Shown in pieces: positions 9,113 through 19,483 of a DNA stretch of 64,000 nt. The notes below the pieces were generated by a model that saw only the letters and a list, made by a program, of their open reading frames with translations, did not search any database and had not been told where the DNA came from. The position numbers and the translations under genes are program-made. Origin of the DNA: a virus; the IMG/VR virus record IMGVR_UViG_3300009502_000041, positions 1 to 64,000 of that record; one strand, 5' to 3'. Position 1 is the first letter of the stretch. Each line of letters begins with the position of its first letter.

Positions 9113-11434
9113 TTATATGAGACCTAGACCTAGAACCAATTTTATGCAATCATTATTATACATTCCTTTGAACAGATAAGCAGTATCAGGTTCGTCTGGT
9201 GGTATATTAATATAAGTACCAGAGTAATCATCCCAACCAAATTTATTATATTGTCTACTTGTTGTGGTTTCACCAGCCCGTTTCACATGTTGATACATGT
9301 ATGTTTTTGCGGATAGTTGAATGCTTTTATTAGGATTTGGTGTAATGTCTTCATCCTCATTAAACTTTCTTATATTAATTCCCTTTGCATCTATTAGATT
9401 TAATTTTTCCAATTCTTTTCTTGTGGCTACAATGAAATTTGTTCTAAAAGAATCCCCTTTCATTAAATTTTTTGTATTACTTAATCCAGCAAATATTTTT
9501 TGATTATTATCAACCATAAAATACTCGTCTTTTATGTAATTATTAAAATACACGTCTGCCATGTCTTGAGTTCTGCTCGAATCACCCCCTGTATGGGCAA
9601 CTGCAAATTGTGGAAAAAATAAACAAAAATTTAACCATTGTCCCCCAAAATATGCTTCGCCATTAGGCTGATTCGAAAATTTAATTACGTTTGGTGAAAA
9701 ATCGTATTCAAATTGGGGTGTTGCGTTTGTTCTTGGGGGAATAATATAATTACCATCATCGTATGATTTTTCATTACTAGAACCAATATTATTTTCTCCT
9801 GCAACTTTAAACCACGCACCTCCTTGTGTATTAATATCTACAGTATATGTATTACCATCTACCATCATTGAATTCCCAAAAGTATTTTCAGACTTAACAT
9901 TTGCAGCATTATCTTCATAAATTAACGGATTTTTTGTTGGAAAAAATTGTGCTATACTATATATTGTATTTGCACTAAATGAAAAATATTCTTTTCTCCA
10001 TTTATCATTATTTCCCTTCCAATCAAGATTAGAATTTTGACCATCCGAATGTTGATCATCTTTTATTAATCCAATCGATTGGGGTATTTTAAACCAACCC
10101 CTTGCGGGACGTGCGGGGTGATTAACAAGAAAATCACGGTCATGATATGAATTTATTGGCAAAACGTCCACATCGGGATATCTCGCTAAAACCATTCCAA
10201 AGAATTTACTAAACACCCCAACGGTTGAGTTATTATCAACAATTTTATCAACAGCCAAATCATCCGTTATGATCTTTACCTGATTACATGGAATGCTCAA
10301 CGCAAAATTTCCATTATTATCTACATACTTATAATAATCACTATCAAACAATTCAACAATGTCAGTATCTGGATCAAAATTAGAGAGTAATTGTAAATCA
10401 CCGTTAGAATCTATTTGTATATTTGGAGAGCTTGGTAAAATCGAAAATACCTTAATCTCTATTGGTGCAACTCTATTAACACGAATATCAATATTACCAT
10501 AATTTGAATATAGTGGAATACCAGCGGTAGAATCCAATGAATAAGACATTGCATAAAAGCCTCTGTTTGTTCTTGAAACATTTGGATTGCCAAACATTGC
10601 CATTTGACCCATTGTCATTGAAGTACCAAATATCACAAAATTTGATTCAATATTTGCACGAACCCTAAAATCTTGACGTGTAATGCCAATTTCAAAATTT
10701 GTTATATCCCCCCAAAAAGGAAATATATTTACGTCAATTTCTTGTGTTTCAATGTTAGGCAAATCGTTTAAATCTTGACTTGGTTTTATTTCATTTCCAT
10801 TTTTTGTAAATAAATTTGCAGGATAACCTGCAGTAATCATACTCTGTGGTGACATTGAATATTTTCCTATGTCCGTAATATCTACACTCATATGCACGGT
10901 TTGTGTTCCTACAGGCACACCAAAAATCATATAATCGCCATTATCATTAGTTAGTGCAGTATATTTATAATATTTTTTATATACATCAAGGAATGGTTGA
11001 TTAGACACAAGTTCAGGTTTAATTAAAAATGATCCAAATGGTTGTGCTGGTTTATATGTGCCCACATTAGTATCATATTGAGATACACGTGGTAGTAAAT
11101 TATATCTTTTTCCTTCATTATTTGTATCTCTAGGTGTTGTATAAGGATAAATGCTAGTTATTTCCCCATCATTAGCATCACTATCTGTTAAAGGGATAAA
11201 TACACTTATTTTAGTATTTGGTATACCAACACCACCATTAGCAAGTACCCTTCCAATTAGAACACCATAATCTGAATTAAAATTTTGATATGCATCATTT
11301 GCATCTAATTTCATTGTAAGAAATTCAAGAGTATCAACATCTTGCTCAAGTTTTATTTTGATGTGCATATCCAGCCCAACATTGCTCGTATTCCCCGTTC
11401 CCAAATAAATTCTTTGCGATTTGTTCATATTCAA
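9113..11434 (-). CDS. putative baseplate-associated protein with carboxypeptidase-regulatory-like (CnaB-type) domain
   Basis: GVLIGRVLANGGVGIPNTKISVF...TNDNGDYMIFGVPVGTQTV; late motif at 11444-11451. Confidence 0.6.
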   Translation of the reverse strand: MNMNKSQRIYLGTGNTSNVGLDMHIKIKLEQDVDTLEFLTMKLDANDAYQNFNSDYGVLIGRVLANGGVGIPNTKISVFIPLTDSDANDGEITSIYPYTTPRDTNNEGKRYNLLPRVSQYDTNVGTYKPAQPFGSFLIKPELVSNQPFLDVYKKYYKYTALTNDNGDYMIFGVPVGTQTVHMSVDITDIGKYSMSPQSMITAGYPANLFTKNGNEIKPSQDLNDLPNIETQEIDVNIFPFWGDITNFEIGITRQDFRVRANIESNFVIFGTSMTMGQMAMFGNPNVSRTNRGFYAMSYSLDSTAGIPLYSNYGNIDIRVNRVAPIEIKVFSILPSSPNIQIDSNGDLQLLSNFDPDTDIVELFDSDYYKYVDNNGNFALSIPCNQVKIITDDLAVDKIVDNNSTVGVFSKFFGMVLARYPDVDVLPINSYHDRDFLVNHPARPARGWFKIPQSIGLIKDDQHSDGQNSNLDWKGNNDKWRKEYFSFSANTIYSIAQFFPTKNPLIYEDNAANVKSENTFGNSMMVDGNTYTVDINTQGGAWFKVAGENNIGSSNEKSYDDGNYIIPPRTNATPQFEYDFSPNVIKFSNQPNGEAYFGGQWLNFCLFFPQFAVAHTGGDSSRTQDMADVYFNNYIKDEYFMVDNNQKIFAGLSNTKNLMKGDSFRTNFIVATRKELEKLNLIDAKGINIRKFNEDEDITPNPNKSIQLSAKTYMYQHVKRAGETTTSRQYNKFGWDDYSGTYINIPPDEPDTAYLFKGMYNNDCIKLVLGLGLI

Positions 11435-11443
11435 ATATTTTTT

Positions 11444-11655
11444 ATAAATACTAAACCAAAGGAAATCTTATTAATAGAAATTATTTTTAAAATAATTTTT
11501 CGTGTTTTTTTAAAAATTTAAACATAAATAATCCAAATTTTTAAAAATTTGAATATAAAAAATCTAAAATTCTTAAAATTTGGGTTTATAGGGAAGAGCA
11601 ACTGACTTATAATAATACACCTCACGTTCCTTTTGAAATATTTTTTAGTATTTAT
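11444..11655. promoter_or_regulatory. divergent putative late promoters
   Basis: GTATTTAT on minus strand at 11444-11451 and on plus strand at 11648-11655. Confidence 0.6.
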
Positions 11656-11720
11656 TGAAAACAACAATTAAATGGTTTCTGAAAATAAAATAATAATAAA
11701 AAACATTAATAATTAACAAA

Positions 11721-14549
11721 ATGACAGAATTTGTATTTACTTCCCCGGGGGTTAAATTTCGTGAACGTGATTTATCATACGTGGTCCGCTCGGTTGGAAT
11801 AACGACACTTGGTGGTGTTGGTGAAACACTTAAAGGACCAGCCTTTGAGCCTATTTACATTCAAGATAAAACACAATTCTCACAAAGATTTGGTGCGCAG
11901 AGTGTAGCTAGATTATCCAATGGGAATCCCCAATATCAATTACCTTATGTAGCTAACGCATATTTAGAAGAATCTAATCAAATGTGGATAACAAGAATAT
12001 TAGGTTTAAGTGGATATGATGCGGGTAAAGCATGGGCAATTACTTTAGAAGCGGGTGTTGATCCGATAACAGTATCTGCAACAACGGCAACAACTTTTAC
12101 CAATGTGCCGTTTATCAACTATTCATATCTTGGTGTTGGGATACAGGCAGTCGGTAACACTGGTGTGACATTTTTAGGGTTTGATAAAATAAGTGCAACT
12201 AATTTTACGGGTAGGTCATATAATTTTATTGTCACATCATATACAGCAGCTACAGGTGCTGGTAATGTAAGTGGTCACACAACAGTATTGGTAGGTACTG
12301 AATACACTGCATATAAGAACATGGTATTAGCAAAAGTTAGAAGTAGAGGTACTACTTATGATCACGTAAATTTACCAACATCAGTTAAATGGAATATAAA
12401 AGATTTAACACTTCCACTTTCAGGCAATACAACCACATTGGGTACGGGTAATTTATTTGGTACATTTAAATTGATTACAACAAGTGGTTTAACAACACAA
12501 TCATATGTGGTATCATTAAATCCTGATGCAAGCAGTTTTTTACCAAACGTAATTGGTTTAGAGTCTAAAGATAAAACAACTAAAATTTGGACAGAAGCCG
12601 TGTATCCAGACCTAATTAAAAAACTTGATGGTGATGGTGATACATATCCAACAGGATTAACTAAATATGGAATATCTGGAGTTGCACCATATGCATTTGG
12701 GGTTAGTAGTGATTTAATTAAATGTGAATCCAGCTTTTTTGGTAACTATAAAACACAATTTAAAACCCCTGAAACCCCTTGGATTGTATCACAATTAAAA
12801 GGTAATAAAGTAAGTAGATTAGCTAAATTTATTAGTATTTCGGATGGTAATGCAGCAAATCAAGAAATTAAAGTTAGTATTGCTAACATCAATCCTCTAA
12901 CATATGAGTTTGATGTGCTTGTTCGTGATTTTAATGATACTGATGATAATGTTAATCTTTTGGAATCATTTACGAAATGTACAATGATTATTGGACAAAA
13001 TAATTACATTGGACAGCGCATTGGTACTTCAGATGGTGAATATGACCTTCAAAGTAAATATATTATGGTTGAGGTAGGTACAGATATTGCGGTAGGGGAT
13101 TTTCCTGCTGGTTTCGAAGGCTATTCCTTTAATAACTATGCTGTTTCTGCAACCACTACTGGGAATACGGCAGGAATTATTGCAGGTATTACTCCAAAGA
13201 TTTTTTACAAAACTCAATACAATACAGATGAAAGAGTAAAAAAAGTATATTTAGGTATTTCTGAAAATGCTTATGATGCATCCAATGTTATTGGAACTGG
13301 GATTAATCAGAATTTCTTTAATTTTAATGGTCAGGAAAGTACTGGTAGTCACATTAAAACAATAGGATTTCACATGGATAAATATGCAACAGGCATTACC
13401 GAAAATGGGTATGATTTTGATTGTGGTAATGGTAAATTTCAAGTTGCAGATGATGTTCTTGATCCAACATTGACATATTATGACATTAACACAAGAAAAT
13501 TCACATTAGTCCCTGCGGGCGGTTTTGATGGTTGGGATGTAAATAGGGGTGTTGATGGAGTTGGTTATACTCGCTCATATAGTGATAATTATAGCCTTAA
13601 TAAAATTTGGGACGGGGTTAATCCTAATGGCAGTCCCATGAATGATTTTCAAGCATGGCAAACAGCAATTAATACTTTCTCAAATCCTGAAGAAGTTACA
13701 ATTAACGTATTTGTTACACCGGGTATTAATTGGTCAGATCAAAATATTTTAATTCAAAATACAATTGAAATGATTGAACAGCAAAGAACCGATACCCTAT
13801 ACGTTATAGATGCGCCAGATATTGACATTCCCGTGACAATCGGTGATGGAGGTAAGTCAGATGTTATAGCAGCGCAAGGAGTTGTTGATTTAATTAACAC
13901 ATCAAGTATTGATTCAAGCTATTCTTGTACATATTTTCCTTGGATTCAAATGAGGGATACTCAAAATAATGTTAATATGTACATTCCACCAACAGGTGAA
14001 GTTGTAAAAGCAATGGCATTTACTGATAATACTTCATTTCCTTGGTTTGCTCCAGCTGGTTTAAATCGTGGTGTAACAGGTGCAAGAAAATCTAAATATA
14101 AATTATCACTTGAGGCTCGTGATATTCTTTATGCGGGTAGAATTAATCCAATGGCTGACTTTGCTGATTCTGGAACTGCAATCTTTGGACAAAAAACACT
14201 TCAGGTTAAAGAAAGTGCACTTGACAGAATAAATGTTCGTAGATTATTACTTCAAATTAAAGTACTTATTGCAAACATTGCAATCAGACTAGTGTTTGAA
14301 CAAAACGACCAAGCAACTATTGATCAATTTTTAGCTAAAGCAACTCCTGTTCTCGATACAATTAAAAGAGAAAGGGGATTACAAGATTTTAGAATTAAAA
14401 TGGATAGTAGTAATAATACACCTGAGACAATGGATAGAAATGAGCTTTATGGCGAAATCTTCTTAAAACCAACACGTGCAGTTGAATTCATTGGAATTAC
14501 TTTCACAATAACACCTTCAGGAGCATCATTTGCAGATGTTGGTGCATAA
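11721..14549 (+). CDS. tail sheath protein (gp18-like)
   Basis: N-terminal SPGV..RE.D; C-terminal PWFAPAGLNRG, RINVRRL, FEQND, IFLKPTRAVEFIGITF. Confidence 0.96.
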   Translation: MTEFVFTSPGVKFRERDLSYVVRSVGITTLGGVGETLKGPAFEPIYIQDKTQFSQRFGAQSVARLSNGNPQYQLPYVANAYLEESNQMWITRILGLSGYDAGKAWAITLEAGVDPITVSATTATTFTNVPFINYSYLGVGIQAVGNTGVTFLGFDKISATNFTGRSYNFIVTSYTAATGAGNVSGHTTVLVGTEYTAYKNMVLAKVRSRGTTYDHVNLPTSVKWNIKDLTLPLSGNTTTLGTGNLFGTFKLITTSGLTTQSYVVSLNPDASSFLPNVIGLESKDKTTKIWTEAVYPDLIKKLDGDGDTYPTGLTKYGISGVAPYAFGVSSDLIKCESSFFGNYKTQFKTPETPWIVSQLKGNKVSRLAKFISISDGNAANQEIKVSIANINPLTYEFDVLVRDFNDTDDNVNLLESFTKCTMIIGQNNYIGQRIGTSDGEYDLQSKYIMVEVGTDIAVGDFPAGFEGYSFNNYAVSATTTGNTAGIIAGITPKIFYKTQYNTDERVKKVYLGISENAYDASNVIGTGINQNFFNFNGQESTGSHIKTIGFHMDKYATGITENGYDFDCGNGKFQVADDVLDPTLTYYDINTRKFTLVPAGGFDGWDVNRGVDGVGYTRSYSDNYSLNKIWDGVNPNGSPMNDFQAWQTAINTFSNPEEVTINVFVTPGINWSDQNILIQNTIEMIEQQRTDTLYVIDAPDIDIPVTIGDGGKSDVIAAQGVVDLINTSSIDSSYSCTYFPWIQMRDTQNNVNMYIPPTGEVVKAMAFTDNTSFPWFAPAGLNRGVTGARKSKYKLSLEARDILYAGRINPMADFADSGTAIFGQKTLQVKESALDRINVRRLLLQIKVLIANIAIRLVFEQNDQATIDQFLAKATPVLDTIKRERGLQDFRIKMDSSNNTPETMDRNELYGEIFLKPTRAVEFIGITFTITPSGASFADVGA

Positions 14550-14568
14550 ATAACATCTAATAGATTTA

Positions 14569-14603
14569 AAAAGCCGTTAATTTAGTTATTAACGGCTTTT
14601 TTT
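14569..14603 (+). terminator. intrinsic terminator after the sheath gene
   Basis: AAAAGCCGTTAAT-ttagtt-ATTAACGGCTTTT followed by a T run. Confidence 0.85.
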
Positions 14604-14667
14604 ATTGAAATCAAGTATTTGTATTTGCAAGACCGACTTAGTTGGTTAAATATAAAATACTTCAATT

Positions 14668-14983
14668 ATGGCAACAATTGTTAATTTAATTTGTAAAGAA
14701 TGTGGAATTTCGTTTAATGTGAAAAAGGGTAATGAAAAAATGTTTTGCTCAAAAAAATGTAAATCAGATAACCGACATAAGATAGATGAAATATATTTTA
14801 TTGAAAAAGATTGTAAATGCTGTAGTAAAACATTTAGATCAAAAATAAAAGAAAATAAAATTTTTTGTTCTTATAAATGTGCTGGTCAATACAAATAAAA
14901 CAGAACATCAAATTATGTTAGAAAGAAAAATACTTAGAATATATGATTGTGGAAACATTAAATATATTGATATATGCATTTAA
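14668..14983 (+). pseudogene. internally deleted Hef-like endonuclease remnant
   Basis: 14668-14898 encodes two CxxC..FCSxxC Zn fingers; 14894-14983 in another frame encodes NKTEHQIMLERKILRIYDCGNIKY, the family's C-terminal motif. Confidence 0.7.
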
Positions 14984-15059
14984 TAAAAATTCTACCAATT
15001 GGTAGAATTTTTATTTTAAAATTAAGTATTTATTAATAAAAAATAGAGAATAAAATAAA

Positions 15060-15404
15060 ATGACTAAAATAAAAAAATTTATGAATAAAAAATTGGTTGA
15101 GAACAATGAATTTAATAAAGATATGATAGAAGAAGTTTATGAAACTATTGATGCGCCTATCGAACAAACATTAAACGAACAAAACTATTTTCTCGGTCAA
15201 ACTGATGTTGAATCGGTAGATATAGACGTTCTTCCTGAAGAGCCAATTGAAGAGATTATTGATTCATATCAAGATGATGTGGTTGTAGATGAAATTAGTG
15301 TTCCAGTTTTTGTTTTTGAAGAAGAGCCGTTTATGAAAACAATTGAGGATTTAACATATAGTGAATTAAAATTGTTAAAAAGAACGGGTGCAATGCCCAA
15401 ATAA
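15060..15404 (+). CDS. acidic hypothetical protein (late)
   Basis: 114 aa, Glu/Asp-rich; GTATTTAT at 15026-15033. Confidence 0.65.
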   Translation: MTKIKKFMNKKLVENNEFNKDMIEEVYETIDAPIEQTLNEQNYFLGQTDVESVDIDVLPEEPIEEIIDSYQDDVVVDEISVPVFVFEEEPFMKTIEDLTYSELKLLKRTGAMPK

Positions 15405-15484
15405 AAAATTTTATTATAAATTTTAATCGTAACAGTATTTATGATAAAATAAAAATAACAAAACAAAATTTAACAAATAACAAC

Positions 15485-15976
15485 ATGGCAGGAGAAATGA
15501 TAAGGGGGATTCCATTTGAATACGAACCAAAAAGAGTTAATAGATTCTTTGCGGAATTCGCAAATGAATTGGGAATAGAAGTTTGGAAAGTACAAAAGTT
15601 CAAAAGACCTTCAATGAAAATCAATTCAGTACAAATTGATTATATGAACGAAAGAAATTATGTTGCAGGTAGATATAATTGGGAAACAATGAGCGTTACA
15701 TTTATTGATCCAATCGGTCCGTCCACCTCACAACAACTTATGGAATGGGTTCGTTTACACGCAGAATCACTTACAGGAAGAATGGGCTACGCTGCAGGAT
15801 ATAAAAAGAATATTCTACTAAAAGCATTGGACCCAACAGGGGTTGAGGTTGAAAAATGGTTCTTGGAACAATGCATGATTACCTCAATTGATTTTGGTGA
15901 TAATGATCATGGAAGTGATGAATTAACAAATATTACTTTGGAGTTGCAGCCGTGGAGGTGCATATTAAACATGTAA
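15485..15976 (+). CDS. tail tube protein (gp19-like)
   Basis: YEPKR.NRF, YVAGRYNWE..SVTF.D, EKWFL..C.ITSIDFG; 163 aa; follows sheath; GTATTTAT at 15435-15442. Confidence 0.9.
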   Translation: MAGEMIRGIPFEYEPKRVNRFFAEFANELGIEVWKVQKFKRPSMKINSVQIDYMNERNYVAGRYNWETMSVTFIDPIGPSTSQQLMEWVRLHAESLTGRMGYAAGYKKNILLKALDPTGVEVEKWFLEQCMITSIDFGDNDHGSDELTNITLELQPWRCILNM

Positions 15977-16006
15977 TCAGACACTTACAAATAAGTTAAT
16001 AAAATT

Positions 16007-16045
16007 AAACAAACCACAAATAATTTATATATTTGTGGTTTGTTT
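16007..16045 (+). terminator. hairpin/terminator after the tail tube gene
   Basis: 16-bp stem AAACAAACCACAAATA / TATTTGTGGTTTGTTT. Confidence 0.8.
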
Positions 16046-16054
16046 TTATATATT

Positions 16055-17551
16055 ATGAATAAATCAGAATTGCAAGAATATTTTTTATCAAATAATAAGT
16101 CTGGTCATAAAACCAACGAAAGGTGGTTGTCGGTTAACAATACCTTGTTGTATAACGAAATTGTTGATAAATATAAAAGCATTGTAGCCACTTTTAGTGA
16201 GAAAGTATGTCTATATGTTAATGGTTTAAATGATGTTCCTAAATGTCCTAATTGTGACAAGAACGTAAAATACAACGGTACTCTTCGTAAGGGATATAAT
16301 AAATATTGCTCGATTAAATGTCTAAATTCATCTGAAGAACATAAAAAATTGATAATAGCCTCTAATAATCTTAAGTACGGTGTTGATAGTCATAACCAAA
16401 CAGAGTTGGTTAAATATAAGAAGAAAGAAACTTCATTAAAAAATTACGGTGTTGATAATCCAATGAAGTGTAATAAAATTTCGTTAAAACAAAAAACAAC
16501 TTTACTTGATAAATATAACGTTACTAACCCAATGAACATTGGTTCGGTTATTAACAATAGAATAGACAATGTTATTAACGGAACTGAGCTTAATATTCAA
16601 AGAATGTTAAACAGGATAACAGATACAAGCATTAAATTCATAAAACACGATAGTAATAAAAATGTGTTTTTTCATTGTAATAAGTGTAATGCCGACTTTA
16701 ATTTAAATAGCAACTTATTAACATCAAGAATAGCAAACAATACGACAATATGTACAAACTGTAATAAAAACAAATCATATAGTAACATTTTGCTACAATT
16801 AACCACATTCTTAGATTCAATTAACATTAATTATATTATTAATGATAGGAAAATATTAAAAGGCAAAGAACTTGATATCTATCTTCCTGATCATAAATTA
16901 GGAATTGAGATTAATGGTTTGTATTGGCACAGCAATAAATATAAAAGAAATAATTATCATTTAAATAAAACAAAATTGTGTGATGCCAATGGCGTGAAAC
17001 TTTTACATTTTTTTGAAGATGAAATATTGGGTAAAATAGATGTTGTTAAAAAGATAATATTAAATAAAATCAATGATAAAATAGAAGAAAATATTTATAT
17101 TATTAAAGAAGTTAATAATATTGAGCTAACGAACAAATTTTTATTAGAAAACACTTTAAGTCTTAATGATTATTCTGACATTAAAATAGGTGCTTTTAAA
17201 AATGATAATTTAGTTTCGTTAATGCAATTTAATAAAAGTAAAAGCATTGACGAATATAAATTATCTGGATTAAATATAGAGAATTGTGCCGAACACACAT
17301 TAAGATATTTTATCGATAATTATTCGCCAAAATCAATAATAGTTTTTAATGACAGAAGGTTTTTAAATAATATTTATGAAAACTTGGGGTTTAAAATTAT
17401 TAAAAATACGAAACCTAAATATCGCTATATTATATCTGGAAAGTTTAAAAGGTATTTACGATCTGAATTGACTGAAACCGAATTAAAATCCAATGGTTTG
17501 CATAAAATTTATGATTGTGGTTCGGTTAAGATGAAATTAACAATTAATTAG
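16055..17551 (+). CDS. Hef-like homing endonuclease
   Basis: CPNC..CSIKC, KYGVD/NYGVDNPM repeats, ELDIYLPDHKLGIEINGLYWHS, IYDCG; likely start ATG 16055. Confidence 0.8.
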   Translation: MNKSELQEYFLSNNKSGHKTNERWLSVNNTLLYNEIVDKYKSIVATFSEKVCLYVNGLNDVPKCPNCDKNVKYNGTLRKGYNKYCSIKCLNSSEEHKKLIIASNNLKYGVDSHNQTELVKYKKKETSLKNYGVDNPMKCNKISLKQKTTLLDKYNVTNPMNIGSVINNRIDNVINGTELNIQRMLNRITDTSIKFIKHDSNKNVFFHCNKCNADFNLNSNLLTSRIANNTTICTNCNKNKSYSNILLQLTTFLDSININYIINDRKILKGKELDIYLPDHKLGIEINGLYWHSNKYKRNNYHLNKTKLCDANGVKLLHFFEDEILGKIDVVKKIILNKINDKIEENIYIIKEVNNIELTNKFLLENTLSLNDYSDIKIGAFKNDNLVSLMQFNKSKSIDEYKLSGLNIENCAEHTLRYFIDNYSPKSIIVFNDRRFLNNIYENLGFKIIKNTKPKYRYIISGKFKRYLRSELTETELKSNGLHKIYDCGSVKMKLTIN

Positions 17552-17565
17552 CTTTTAGTTGACAT

Positions 17566-18357
17566 TTACTCTGCAATCTCTTTCATTCTTTTACTTAAAA
17601 TCTGCTTAACGTAATATTCTCTATTTTTAGTTTCAATAATTTTATAATTATCATTATTATGTGAAAACCAGACCAAGTAAGATTTTCCTAACTTTATAGG
17701 TACATTTTTTTCAATGATTTGCTTATATAATTCTAACTGTAAGGAATATATTTCCAAGTCAGATTCTTCAAGCATATATAATTCGTCTTTTAAATGTCTA
17801 GATTTACACTCAGCAGTAAAATCTTTGTTAGTTTTATAATCCCAAATCTGAAATTCATTGGCTTTCACATTATAAAATAAAATATCCAACATTCCACCAA
17901 TATTTGTCTCCTTATCATAAATAACAAATTCGGTTCTAACTGGAATTAATTTACCTTGAACATCAGCATAAAAATTATCAACATGTTGTTTTGTTGTTCT
18001 GTATTCTTCCCATATTGGGTCAAATCCAAATTCATTTAATATTGTTTGTTTGGGATATTCGAATTTTTTATTTTGGAAAAGATTTTCTGCATAATCATGA
18101 ATTGCAGAACCTTTGATTGTTCCTTTTTTATTAATGAAGTTCCATGCCCTTAATATTTCAGAAGGTTTGAGATTAAGTTGATTTCCTTTATATTCTGACC
18201 AATATTCCCCATTAAATTCCTCTTGATATTTATGAATCAATGTTGTAACCGAAATAAATTCTTCGTTTTTAACATAATATTTATGAAATTCATCATAAAA
18301 TGTTACATCGTTAAATGCGGTAAACAATTCGCTGGGTATATCTATTGAAATTTTCAT
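17566..18357 (-). CDS. PD-(D/E)XK exonuclease
   Basis: FYDEFHKYY, SVTT, GSAIH, IGGMLDIL...IWDYKTN, YSLQLELY. Confidence 0.85.
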   Translation of the reverse strand: MKISIDIPSELFTAFNDVTFYDEFHKYYVKNEEFISVTTLIHKYQEEFNGEYWSEYKGNQLNLKPSEILRAWNFINKKGTIKGSAIHDYAENLFQNKKFEYPKQTILNEFGFDPIWEEYRTTKQHVDNFYADVQGKLIPVRTEFVIYDKETNIGGMLDILFYNVKANEFQIWDYKTNKDFTAECKSRHLKDELYMLEESDLEIYSLQLELYKQIIEKNVPIKLGKSYLVWFSHNNDNYKIIETKNREYYVKQILSKRMKEIAE

Positions 18358-18361
18358 TATG

Positions 18362-18391
18362 CAAACTTACAAAAAAATTAATTAATTACAA
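18362..18391 (-). promoter_or_regulatory. Bacteroidota-type promoter, probably giving a leaderless exonuclease mRNA
   Basis: TTG-N19-TAAGTTTG followed by CATA then ATG. Confidence 0.65.
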
Positions 18392-19277
18392 TATTTTTTT
18401 GTAAGATTGAATCGAAATTAATTTTTTCTAAATTATTAACAAGCGCATCTTTATCCGCAGGCAATCCAGAATATCCATGAATATGGCTTATTATTACATT
18501 ACGCATGATATTTAGCGCCTCAGCAAGAACATCGCCCCTTACCATTGGGTGTCCTTCGGCAAAAATTCTTTCTCTATCTTTTTGCACTAAACGTGCTGGT
18601 TTAAATTGTGGTGTTCCTTCATGTGAAATTAATGCAATTTTATCACTCATTACAATTGTGCTACTCTGATATGCAGAAACGGTAGCATTAGCAGCACCAG
18701 TTTTTGCTTCATAAACAAGACTAATTTCTGCAGGATTTTTTGTGTTAAGTTTTAATATATTGTCATTCTCATGTTTTCCAGCTCTAATATGTACCTCATT
18801 TATGCGCAATATGACATCAGTATTTATTTTACCAACGATTGCCACATCGGTTTTAAGAGGAAATACGCCAATTGCATCAGGATATGTAGATGCTGCTGGT
18901 TCTGGTATAGTAAGTGCCACATTGGTCGTTGAAAAGGCAGTGTATATTGAATCGAACCCAATTCTTTGTGGTTGTGATATAACACTCCCAAGCCAAAATC
19001 TACTTCTTTCAGGATATTTAATATCTTCAATAAACACCCTAACCATTTCGCCAACCTGTGGATAAAGATGAAAAAACTTTGGGAGCAATGGATAACAATA
19101 AGGCAAATCAGCATTAGATGTTTTGTTATCCAACCCCAATATTTTAACCTGAATTCTTCCACCATCAGTTGAATCCTCAATAGATATTACTTCACCATAA
19201 TAAATTGTTCTGGTTGGTTGAATATTATCCTCTCTTTTAAAAGGATTACTAGTTTGTATTATTGGCTTGTCAAACAT
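18378..19277 (-). CDS. baseplate central spike/hub protein (gp5/VgrG OB-fold)
   Basis: YYGEVISIEDSTDGGRIQVKILG...LP.C.P...PQVGEMVRV; terminal SHIHGY metal-binding motif. Confidence 0.8.
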   Translation of the reverse strand: MFDKPIIQTSNPFKREDNIQPTRTIYYGEVISIEDSTDGGRIQVKILGLDNKTSNADLPYCYPLLPKFFHLYPQVGEMVRVFIEDIKYPERSRFWLGSVISQPQRIGFDSIYTAFSTTNVALTIPEPAASTYPDAIGVFPLKTDVAIVGKINTDVILRINEVHIRAGKHENDNILKLNTKNPAEISLVYEAKTGAANATVSAYQSSTIVMSDKIALISHEGTPQFKPARLVQKDRERIFAEGHPMVRGDVLAEALNIMRNVIISHIHGYSGLPADKDALVNNLEKINFDSILQKNIVIN

Positions 19278-19483
19278 TATCTATTTGTTGTTTCTTCTAT
19301 TAATGCAATATAATTTTTTTCAATTTTATCTAATATTTCAATTTTATCATTAATTATTCTATCAAGATTGTCAATTTCGTAACTATGATCAATAATTTCT
19401 TGTTTTAGCTCATCATGCTTTTCTTTAATATCATTAATCATTTTATTTAACTCAATTAATGTGTATTTACTTAAATCTTCCAT
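19277..19483 (-). CDS. coiled-coil hypothetical protein
   Basis: 68 aa; stop/start overlaps with neighbours. Confidence 0.65.
   Translation of the reverse strand: MEDLSKYTLIELNKMINDIKEKHDELKQEIIDHSYEIDNLDRIINDKIEILDKIEKNYIALIEETTNR

Noticed and set aside
11534-11551. 18-bp palindrome CAAATTTTTAAAAATTTG
   Set aside because: Almost all A/T in a very AT-rich gap; plausible by chance.
17566-18357. Cas4
   Set aside because: Lacks the four-Cys Fe-S pattern and there are no cas genes or array nearby.
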